64,000 bases of DNA from Tubiluchus corallicola (lineage: Eukaryota; Animalia; Priapulida): contig JAQGDQ010000047.1 of the NCBI GenBank assembly GCA_030141605.1, positions 62,001 to 126,000 of the forward strand, read 5' to 3'. A program made the position numbers and the translations under genes. This document shows, one piece after another, positions 53,593 to 64,000 of the stretch. Position 1 is the stretch's first letter. Each line of letters begins with the position of its first letter. The notes beneath the pieces are model-generated. The model was not told the DNA's origin and searched no databases. It saw only the letters and a list, made by a program, of their open reading frames with translations.

Positions 53593-54029
53593 TAGGGGAG
53601 AGCATTAGAGTAGTCGCATCAAACGTTCGATTCAAACCAATTTTTTAATACGCATTCCTTTCCAACGAAAAATTATGGATTCGAATACCTAACCACTTTA
53701 GTTGCATACATTCTTTATATATGAAAAGAAAAAATTTATCATTTAAAATTTGAAAAGATTTAAAGATTATCGAACAAATTTTCATGATCACTAATAGAAA
53801 GCAATCTCACGAAAGATCGTGCATATTACTTGATCTTGTTATTCAGTAAAAACACAAGTAATTAGTTTTAAAATTGGCGCAAAAATTGAGGTTAAACTGT
53901 GCTGATTGCAACGTTTAAATGTTTTAATGCTAAAAAACGTATGTCGTTGAAGTGCTGAATTATTTGAATCTATAATTTTATGTTTGAATCGAATTCGAAA
54001 TAAAAAAATCGTTCGAATGTTCATCCCTA
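53593..54029. mobile_element. hAT-type MITE with TTCGAA-rich subtermini
   Basis: TIR TAGGGGAGAGCATT / AATGTTCATCCCTA, degenerate 8-bp TSD TTGGAAAG/CTGGAAAA. Confidence 0.65.
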
Positions 54030-54349
54030 CTGGAAAACATGACCTTATTATTTTATTGTTACTTTATTGGAGAATATCATTTTGTTGTTACAACATGAAT
54101 TACAACAACACTTTCATAGGCACAAAAGAGATATTGTATATACATGTATGTTCTGTACTTAAATGCAAAAGTCATCAGTCAGCAAAGGTAAATTAAAGTG
54201 TTACTAAAAAGAAAAGAGAGTGCAATTGTTATTTAAAAATAACTTTCAACAGTAAAGGCAAAAGTCGACTTTACTATTCTATACACAATTAATGAAACCC
54301 TTACAAAAAACTCAAGTAAAAAGTACCCGTATGTGTACCGAAAGTGAAA

Positions 54350-55507
54350 TCAAGTTAAGAATTGTACTGCATTACTAAGACAAAACTCATCTACTTTTTC
54401 AACACTGCTTACTACAGGTCCTACACAACGATGTTTTTTGACTGACTGTGAGCGCTTAAATGATTTGCCACACAACTCACACTTAAATGGCCGTTCTCCT
54501 GTGTGACTTCTAATATGGGAAATCAGATTAATTTTCAACGTAAAGCTCTTACCACAATATTCACACTGATGAGGTTTGCTTCCTTCATGAATTTTCATAT
54601 GTAATCTAAGATTAGTACTGTACTTAATTTTTGCACCACAGATGTTACACTGCATCATATCGTTGCTGTGAGACAGGCTGTGCTGCATTAAGCTGTATTT
54701 AGTTTTATATGATTTGCCACAAAGACTACATAAATAATTCCGCTCGTTAGCATGCAAGCGCATGTGCGTTTTTTTTCTAGCTAAATGTTTGAAAGATTTG
54801 CCACAAATCTCACAAGATTCACCAGAATGTGCTTGCAGTACATGTCTTTCTAACTCATCCTTTTGCAGAAAACTGATGGGACATACCTTGCAAGATATTG
54901 GCATTTTCTTTCTTGTATGGTAAACCCAATTGTGATTAACCAAATTTTTATATTGTTTACTGCAAATTTTGCAAAAGCCTGCTTTGCGCTCATTCCTTAA
55001 CCGTTTTGCATCTGCGGTCCTGTGGACATCACTCATATGGGTATCAAGACGTTTGTAAAATTTTTCACAGATTCCGCAATATCCTGCTCGCCGGATATAC
55101 CTTTCACACACAGTTTTCTTATTATGCTGGATACTGTCATTTGTGCTTCCAGAAATCTCCTGAGTTCTGCTGGCACTTGCTGCAGAACCACTAAGATGTA
55201 CATTTGACGATTTTAATAAAACAGCTTGGCTCTTACTTTGCACAATGGCAATTTCACGTTTATCATTACAACTTTCTTGTTCTGTTTCTTGCGTCTCTAA
55301 GTGATTTTCATTTTTGTCTTCAATATAGCCATAATAACCATTTGAAGCTGTCAAATCTGCATCCTCATTATCGTCATCATCATCTTTTTCAAATACAACA
55401 GTTTCTTCACAGTGCAAGCTTTTGCAATGCGAAAAGAAATTCTCCTCTGATGAGAAGAGCACTGAACAAGCAAGACATTTGAAGTAAACCACAAGTCTTC
55501 CTTTCAT
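54350..55507 (-). CDS. C2H2 zinc-finger protein, paralog 4 (385 aa; 8 fingers, last one C2HC)
   Basis: Intact ORF starting MKGRLVVYFKC, with an HTGERPF linker. Acceptor TGTTACAG| at about 55566. Confidence 0.93.
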   Translation of the reverse strand: MKGRLVVYFKCLACSVLFSSEENFFSHCKSLHCEETVVFEKDDDDDNEDADLTASNGYYGYIEDKNENHLETQETEQESCNDKREIAIVQSKSQAVLLKSSNVHLSGSAASASRTQEISGSTNDSIQHNKKTVCERYIRRAGYCGICEKFYKRLDTHMSDVHRTADAKRLRNERKAGFCKICSKQYKNLVNHNWVYHTRKKMPISCKVCPISFLQKDELERHVLQAHSGESCEICGKSFKHLARKKTHMRLHANERNYLCSLCGKSYKTKYSLMQHSLSHSNDMMQCNICGAKIKYSTNLRLHMKIHEGSKPHQCEYCGKSFTLKINLISHIRSHTGERPFKCELCGKSFKRSQSVKKHRCVGPVVSSVEKVDEFCLSNAVQFLT

Positions 55508-56399
55508 TTTATTTGCACTTTGTGCATCACCATCGTACCAGAAACCATATACAAAAATTCATAAGCCTGTAACAGAAAAATGTATTATGTTAACATACAT
55601 AGTTACTCAATTATCCTAGAACATTAAATATCATTAAGTATAAACAGACGGTTGTAAAAAAAGCAGATAAGGCCTCTCTAACTTGAAATTTGCCTTGCTG
55701 CTCAATGTTAGAACTGTTGCTGCTCAACTGCTAGGGGTAACAAGATATTTTCGTTTAGAAAGTAAAAGGCATGCAATTTCAGGGGAAAATGGTGACAATA
55801 AACAAAATGGAACTACTTTAATTAAAATTTCTGACACTAATGTTTGGTGTGTTACTTATGGTCTTTGCGGCCATAGAAGGGCTGACTGTGCTTAAGCAAA
55901 GCTTGCTCAAGTAGGAGTGAGCCTATTCAGAATAAAAATGATCGTAAAAACAAATCTGCCTTAGAGAAACAACCTAACAGAGCAGCTTGACAATATGTGG
56001 GCATGAGGGGAGTATACTGATTCGATTAGCTCCTCTAATCAACGTGTGGATGATGATAACAAAATTCCTGCACATACTAAACCATTTTGTTTCCCCGTCC
56101 ATGTCAATGATTATGACCTTACATGCCAATGAGACAGTGGTGCACATTCTAAGTTTGTTCGTCCAAAACAAATAATACCAGATACTTTCTGCTAAAACAC
56201 GATGCATACTTGTTAAAGACTACCAACTTGGTAAAGTCATGGTGGAGAATGATCGTATTTCTGGTTGGATAACTGTGTCCATTTCTAACACTGCCCCAAT
56301 CCCATTATTACTTCTTGGTAATAATATCGAGACAGCCTGTAAACCTTTTCCTGGCTCTATAAAAAACTACCTAATGCTCTACTTTGAGATCAATCGGTA

Positions 56400-58120
56400 T
56401 CTGACTCAGATGCTTTGCAGGCCTTTTCTGCGGGCCAAAATCCACACCTTACCTATGTTGCAACCAGGTCCCAGGTAGTATGCACAGAAACTGAGATAAG
56501 GTGTGAAAAAGAATGTGAAGACATAATTGAAACAAATGCTGCACCCAATTCTGATCAATCAGAAAAGAACACTTTGGATTATCAGAAGCTGCTGGAGTCC
56601 AATAGGCAGAAACTCATACAGGAACAAAATCTTTATATACAGGCTTTTAGACAGATGATGAAAACAATCATAACCTCTTGAATTACCAAGTCAAAGCACA
56701 TTTGCTCACAAACTTATACCAAACTCATATAATGAAATGCATGAGTCAGTTATTAAAGAACTCAAATAAAGTAAAGCACTTTGCTTTAACATCTGACATG
56801 TGGGCGGACGTGAAGTATGTGACTCGTAATTGCGCTTGACACTGTATTTTGTTACAGCTAATTGAGAAATTGCTTCTTACTGTTTAGCATGTGCCCCTTC
56901 TACAAAGAACATATAGCTGAAGAAATACAGAATGCCACAGAAAACTAACTAGAACATTTTCACTTGAGTATTGAAGAAGCTGTTTGTATTACTACAGATA
57001 GTGGGGCAAATGTAAGAAAAGTTGCAAAGCTTATGGGCATCCTGTGGCTGTCTTGTTTTGGTCACAACCTTGACTTGGCTGTGAAAGCTACTTACATGCT
57101 GACAGATGCTTACATGCTATCTGTAAATGATAGAAGCATGAGACGTTTGAAGGCACTATTAGCTTGCTTTCACCATTCTAACCTGAAGACAGCAAAACAT
57201 GCAGAATCACAAGAAAGGATTGGTCTGCCAAAACAGTCACTGACAAATGACGTACCAACATGCAGGGGTTCCACATATATGATGACACATTGCTTTTTAG
57301 AGCAGCAACAGGCAATTTGCAACATTTTGTTTTTGAATGCAAAAAGAGGAGGTACTTGTGGCCAAAAGATTAAGACGTAACAACTCTAGAAACAATAGAG
57401 GAAGTGTTACATGACATTCCCATACACTGACTTACACTCTGGAGATACTCATATTACCATCTCAACAGTTAGACCATATTTAACAGATTTGAAAAGCAAG
57501 AGCAATGTCACTACTGATGAAAGAACCTTGCCAACAAAATGAAAGCAGGATTCCAAGAAAATTTATTACAGCGTTATCAGGATGGACCAGAATTGCAGAA
57601 ACTTCTAGATATCGCTACATACCTAGATCCATAATTTAGACTAGATTTTGTTGAAGGAGAACTTGGCACTTTTAAAGAATATTTTCTGCAAGAAGTTGAG
57701 TCTAATAAAGTGATATGTAATGTTGAATCTGTGAAAAGTTGTGCAAATACTTCAAGTCAAAAGTAGGTGAACCGCAGGAGAAAAAAAGTAAAGTGGCTGT
57801 TCATGTAAAAAACATTAGGTCACATGTTAGAGCATGAAAATATCAAGCATGTTACACAAGTTCAACTGCAAGTGACTGCAGTGTCTGGGAAACAGCTTCT
57901 GTTCAAAGAAATGAAAGAGTATGAATGCATGAATGATACCGAGGAACAGCCACCATTGTGAAAACAAAAGTCATCCAAGTTCCTAATTCCAGCAATTAGT
58001 GGTAACAAATATTTGTGTATCTGTGCAACATCTGCACCTTCAGAACGCGCTTTCAATATAGCTGGTTTTCTGAGCAGTACACGAAGAAACAGAAGAAGTC
58101 CAAATTACTTAACAAAAACA
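56400..58120 (+). pseudogene. Decayed hAT (Ac/ZBED1-like) transposase
   Basis: Motifs in the expected order, with stops and frameshifts: ALTSDMW, CITTDSGANVRK, SCFGHNLDLAV, DVPT.RGSTYMM, ATYLDP.F and KYLCICATSAPSERAF. TGTGATT-rich subterminal repeats follow at about 58230-58480. Confidence 0.88.
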
Positions 58121-60043
58121 GTGTTGTTGGAAAAAATATGCCTATTGTAACAATTGAAAGCAAAGGGCAAAAAACAGTTTGTGATGAGTCTGGTGACGTT
58201 GATGAGTATCCATAAAAGATTGTGTAGTGAATGTAATGTGATGTGATAACTTTTTGTGATTATGATTCATTTTTGATGATTACAGTGCAGTTCAGTTGAT
58301 TTTGAATTCATATTGATTTTGAATTGATACATATAATTACGGTAACATTGATTACCCTTGAAAATTAATGACTATGTTTGTGATTAATGACTGTGATTGT
58401 GATTAGTGAAGTGAGTTCAACATTGATGTGATGCAGTGACTGATTAACTGTGACTGTGATGATAACTGTGATTACTTTTGTAAATTCAGGTCATTTCGCA
58501 TACCATACTAAAACAGTATTAATTTCAAAATACTTGTTCTTTTATTACATTTGCAGGCTATATTTCACTGCAGTCAATAAAACATATGGCTAAAACACTA
58601 AAAAATCATCGCAAAAGATTAATCGTGATATTGAATTACAAGGATTCAAAAACGCGCATCACTAAGTTATAAACTACAGAATATACCAAGCGGATAAAAT
58701 TAGAATACACTGAATGACAAAATTAAAATTCCTTGATGGGGAGAAATATGAAAAACAACAGTAGGCCTGAGAGAGTGGACACACGGATATTAAAAATATA
58801 ATGGCAATCAAGTTAAATATGGTGGAATTGAAATGCAATTTCAAAGGAAGTAAGCAGGAAGAACCACTATGCCCCAAGTGCAGAAAACAGAACATGCTTT
58901 ATGTTCTGAGACATCTGAAAAAATAATAAATAAGTTTAGTGTTGAGATAGAGATAATTACAACGATTATTACGGAAATACTATTTTACGATTAGTCATAT
59001 TTCTCATGGAATCGAGAGAAAATAGATAGCAGTTGGATGAAAATATAATAAGCGGGAAGGTTGACACTTGTATGCAGAACTGGGAATGACCATTATAATG
59101 ACGTCTGAAAAAAATTATTGCTCTAGCACATTTTGACATTTAGGTTGTGCTTGGTAAAGCTGAAGAGAAGCCAGTAAACCGCTGAACTTCACCGCTACTG
59201 TCCACTCTCTGCCATACTACTAAGAAATTATTCAAACCCTGGCCTAAGCAAGAGCAAATTGCAACAGCACATTTTTCTCTCACATGTAATGAACAAGTGA
59301 AACAGTTTGTCAAAAAGTGCATCCAAACAATTTAAACCTAAGGAGAGATTTATGTTTATAAATCCCTCCTTAAAACATAACTAACGATAGCCATGTAAGA
59401 AATCGAAATTATTGTGAAAGATAAAACAGATCAGGATTACAAATGTACTGTACGCACCCAATCAAAGTGCTGTTCCTACCTGTTCAAAATGACATTAGTC
59501 GGAATTTTTCACTAATATAATAATAAACATAATGCATACAATTTACTACACTAGCTTCGCCAATTTTTGGGTAATTAACGTTTTTTTGTGAACTTTTATT
59601 TTTAAGCACTGTTTACTGTATGTGTAAGATATAATGCAAAAATAAATTACAACAGCGTTTAATTTTTCATCATCATATGCCCATTACGCCTATTGTAGAC
59701 ACTGGGCAGCCAGACTCTAAAATAAAAGAAATCAGCCCTCAAGACAAGAGAACATAGCAGTACTCTAACATTGCGTCTATTGTACAAAATACAATTTGAA
59801 ATCAAGAATGACGTAACGATTTTCCAGGACTCGGCAGTCGACCATGTGTAGATTAATAAGAGGATTTTCGATTCATCTGCGTTTTTTTCATTATCGCAGC
59901 GCAACTTCAGTAAATTAAAAATTAGCATTATAGTAAAAACTTCGGTGAACTGTTTTGAGTAAGCTTGCAAAGGAAAAAGAAACTATTATTTTTCTATGTA
60001 ATTTTTTCTATTTTTGTAATTATAATCGCCACCATGTTGCGAG

Positions 60044-60730
60044 TAGGGCTGAGCGTCGAACGTTCGAATTAATTTTTCAGTTGGAATTCGATTCGAACCT
60101 AAAACTATAGATTCGAATAACTCAGAACTTCAATCACATAATATTATGTTCTTTGTCACAAAAACAATTGAAACATCATTCAATTAGCATAATTCAGGTG
60201 TGATTTCTGTGCACAATTTTAAGCAAATTATTGGTGATTTTACAGCAGAACAAAATCGAGTAATATGCGCGTGTAATATATGCATACTTACATACCTATC
60301 CTTACATGGAGGTTAATATCTTATAAGCCTCTGTTGTACCCTCTCAATCTCCCATAGCTAGTTTTGATATTACAAAAGCTTTAACCAGTCAGCTTACGAC
60401 AATTGCTGAGCTTTCTTGTCATATATCACTGTACTATTTCCACAATTCGATTCGAACGAGTATTTTTTAGTTCGATTTTTATTTGAACCTAACAATATGC
60501 AATATTTTTTCATTATGAATAATCCATATGCATGTAGTTGAAGTGCTTGAATTATTTGACTCTTTTATCCCAGGTGAGTTTACAGAACAATTCAACTCTT
60601 CAACTACATGCGTTCTTTGTCAATAAAACGTTTACAACATCATGCAGTCAACGCAATTTCTGTGCACAATTTTTAACCAATTCAACTCTCGTTTTTAAAT
60701 ATTTCTGTTATTTAAATCGGGAAATATCCA
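60044..60730. mobile_element. Related TTCGAA-rich MITE copies, rearranged
   Basis: Starts TAGGGCTGAGCGTCGAACGTTCGAA. The segment 60085-60140 is the reverse complement of about 53940-54000, and the block recurs in both orientations at 60530-60700. Confidence 0.55.
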
Positions 60731-62795
60731 TAGAAGCGCATTATAAGTACTGTAATGGAAACTACTAGAAATGCCTCTAGACTTGAGGAATGTGGATTGG
60801 GTTGAAAACTTAAGTACTCAACTGCACAAGGAATATGCAGTTGCTTTAACGAAACATTATTTAGAATCACGAGAAGTAACATACCAAAAGAAGCAATCAC
60901 TAATGAAATTTGGCTTTTGTTCTAGTAACGTGAACAAACAGTTGTTTAGTGCTTATTGCACTACTTTTTATTGTATGTTCACTTGAAGACATTTTCATTC
61001 TTACAATCTTAGGAAACTCAATGTTGCATATAATGTATCATCATGGAAGCTCTTCAACTTTTCATATGATACAAGCGCCAGATATATTTCTACTAAACTT
61101 ATACTTAAACTCTCTCTTTAGACTTAATTTCCTGTACACTATTCACCGCATTATTCTTTGATTATGTTTATCTGTGTTAAACTTACGTTATTCTGAGGCT
61201 TAATTTGAGACGTAATTTAAGTCCTTGAGTCTCTTTTGCATGTGTTTGCTTCGAGTTGTACTTGTATGTCCTCTTTCTTTGTAAATAGGATAGTACCGTT
61301 ACCTTTACATTTGTGAACAATACTAAATAATGCGCTTATCAAGTTTAGCAATATTAAGATTAAGTCTTTTTAACAGCTTACTTATCTACGTTGTTATTTT
61401 TTTATTTTTTTCGGTATACGTATGATTCCCTTATCCTGATCAATTACTATTGTTTTGCATCTTCTATTGGTTTAATTAGAAGTGTCAGCTTAGAAAAAGA
61501 GCTTAAGTAAGATATTATTTCTCTGTAAGTTTATTGTAAGTCAAATGGTAACATTCATTACCCCAAGTGAATATTAGGAATTTAATATTGGTTACTGATT
61601 AGCGTTTGTTTGTGCCATTTCCGTACGATTTTTCTAACAATGCCTACTTTTAATGACATATCTCTCTTGGGTAAACTATATAAAAGCAGCATATAACTGT
61701 TTTGCTTTCTTATTGAGTTATAACCTTATGTTGTAATTGGCATTATTTCGAAATTGATACCATATAATCACGTGTAATTTGTTGGTGTATGGTCAGTAGC
61801 CATATATTCAGTGTCTAGAATAATTATATTCAGAATTAGATGACTTCAAAATTCGCTGTAGAATTCTAAGCATTAATTTAGAAATATAGGCCAGTACTTC
61901 TGTATGTTTACTGTAATTTACTCATATTACACGTGATCCGCCCGCATAAAAATTATATTCCTATAGGCTTCACTATTAACTGGTATGTATTAATCTAAGC
62001 ATGCATTGTCAAGGTTAAAGTGATACAAAACTACCTGCAAACCGCTGTATATAGATATAAAGTTAACCTTGGAATGTACTAGTTTTCTGTAACACAATAA
62101 TTGTGACCTCAGGTTTGCGCGCAAACGATGTGTGAAATCTTTAACTTCCGTAACTTGTTGTGTCTGGTAACATCAAATTATTCATCATACACCTAACTAA
62201 TTCATGGCTTCCAGTGCATATTAACGCAATACTTTACTGTACAGTATTGGTTCATTTCATTATTATGCTTTTTTGCAATGCCTTGTGTATGTGTAGGGGA
62301 TGCGCATGCTGTGTGTGTGCATGCGTGGGTACTCTGCAGACTTAAGCATTATACTTATTAAGAATAAACCTACCTAGTCTTCAAAATATTATTCTGCTCT
62401 TAATACAATATTCATTAAGTTGCATTTGCAATAGTTTATTTTGAAAGCCCTAATGTTATGCTAATGCCAGATACCTTACACCACTTAATAACATATGTAT
62501 AAATGGTTCATTACTCAAATTAATCCCCACATAATCATTATCATAACGCTATCTACACTTAGTTAATCTAATTGTTCAAAATAGCAGCCCTTCGTGATAC
62601 ACTTATTTAAACATTGCTTACAAATATCGTTTATTGATATCATGATTTCACATACAAGTTTTAATCTGTTTTGAGGAAATCTGTTTTGTGTTTTGAAACA
62701 ATATTTGTGGAAATCTTGCGCAAAAATAAAAATATTATAGTCGGTTCAGTCTATCGTCCACTGGGCGAAAGCCCATTCTTGTTTAAAGATAAAGG

Positions 62796-63507
62796 TGTTG
62801 GGAGCCGAGTGGACCACTGAGCCAAGTAGACCAATTGGTCTACTTGGGCTGCCCAAGTAGGACATTAGAGACAGGTCGCGAATTGAGTCGTTAAGTGTAC
62901 TGACACCGTCCGTTGTGCTTGTTTATTTAATAATAATAATTAAAAACGTTAGTACACATTGAATAATTTATACATCTAATAAAATAAAAGAATTTTATTC
63001 TGAGCTGGTAGAACGGACAATATTAATTTGGTTTCGATATTAATGTTGTTGAAGTGAAAAAAAACACTTTTTTGCGAATTCAACATTTGTTTAAGGTATA
63101 TCATTTTTGATTTTGTCGCACTTCACAAACAGGTGATCCGTTTCACTACCTCTTGGGCAAATAATTGTTTTCTTATAAGTAAATGTTCTAGCGATCTATG
63201 TGTCCTTAGCAGCATCTGTCTCATTTTTAAATTTGCAATTATTTCTGTAATAACTGTGTGCAGAATTTCTCTCTTTAAAGCATTAGATACTAGGTTTAAT
63301 GTTATGATATATTAATGGAGTTAATCATAATGATGAAATTATTGTAAGAAATGCATTTGTAAATTTTCAAAAATTTGACAAAATTACCGATTCTCGACAA
63401 AAATCGCTAGTGTCCTACTTGGGCTGCCCATGTAGGACGCTACTTTTAGCGCATCGGTTTTACCGGAAGTGGTCTACTTGGCTCAGTGGTCAACTCGGCT
63501 CCCTACA
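62796..63507 (-). mobile_element. Same TGT...ACA family, copy 3 (inverted, variant TIR subfamily, internally deleted)
   Basis: TGTTGGGAGCCGAGTGGACCACTGAGCCAAGTAGACC ... GGTCTACTTGGCTCAGTGGTCAACTCGGCTCCCTACA. TSD AAAGG/AAAGT (4 of 5 match). Internal sequence is the reverse complement of copies 1 and 2. Confidence 0.85.
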
Positions 63508-63639
63508 AAAGTATCCGATATTTTATCTAAAATTAACAGACATTCTTTAACTTTTCGACTCATGCTGACACTAAACATTTTCTTCACATTTTTTTTCAAA
63601 TTTTGCATTTCCGGTAATAACATGCCCAACACGAGTTAA

Positions 63640-64000
63640 AGATGCCTCAAACACAAAAACAGAATGTATAAGCTAACACTGAAAGGTAATCTTATTCTCA
63701 CTAATCAATACAAACAATATAGAAATAAAGTGAATAATTTTATAAAACTTGCTAAAACTAATTACTACAAAAATAAATTGGAAAATTATGAAAATAATAT
63801 AAAGAAAACCTGGACAATAATGAAAGAAACAATGAACAAAGGTAAAAAATCAGTTAATATCAAACTCAATGTCAGTAATAAAATACTGACCAATAATAGT
63901 GTAATAGTAGATAAATTCAATGAATATTTTGTGAGTATTGGATCGTCTCTTGCAAATAAAATAGGAAACTCATATAAGCGTTATTCAGAACATTTAATGG
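63640..64000 (+). mobile_element. LINE ORF2 fragment (endonuclease-RT linker, L2/Crack-like), runs off the window
   Basis: QYKQYRNKVNNFIKLAKTNYYKNKLENYENNIKKTWTIMKE...IVDKFNEYFVSIGSSLANKI is a typical ORF2 linker. Confidence 0.8.

Noticed and set aside
27448-55482. Plus-strand ORFs antisense to the ZNF genes (e.g. 27448-27828, 35209-35640, 55204-55482)
   Set aside because: They are shadows of coding sequence on the opposite strand with no recognisable protein features.
56964-57380. Domesticated ZBED-like host gene
   Set aside because: The surrounding transposase sequence has many stops and frameshifts and a broken TRW motif, so it is a fossil.

Overview
This is an AT-rich eukaryotic window, apparently from an invertebrate animal. 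It has spliceosomal GT-AG introns and no prokaryotic features, so most entries in the ORF track are noise. The left part holds an 11-exon RanBP9/RanBP10 (RanBPM, CTLH E3-ligase scaffold) gene on the minus strand (CDS 23962->8716, about 594 aa, reconstructed by hand with all splice phases consistent, including a 23-nt micro-exon). Upstream of it, on the same strand, lies a tandem cluster of four single-coding-exon C2H2 zinc-finger genes. All four share a ~40-aa N-terminal zinc-binding module that I do not recognise as KRAB, SCAN, BTB or ZAD. They also share an acidic linker, an unusual shortened first finger, and a positionally homologous array whose recognition helices differ. The intergenic and intronic DNA is dense in mobile elements: three independent copies of a TGT...ACA, 5-bp-TSD non-autonomous DNA transposon (each upstream of a ZNF gene), a full-length 5S-rRNA-derived SINE with a 13-bp TSD, pogo/Tigger-type and hAT-type MITEs, decayed hAT and THAP transposase remnants, and several LINE fragments. 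The best candidate for an undescribed system is the ZNF family with its novel N-terminal module, together with the TGT...ACA elements interleaved with it. Coordinates were counted by eye and may be off by a few bases. No database searches were run.
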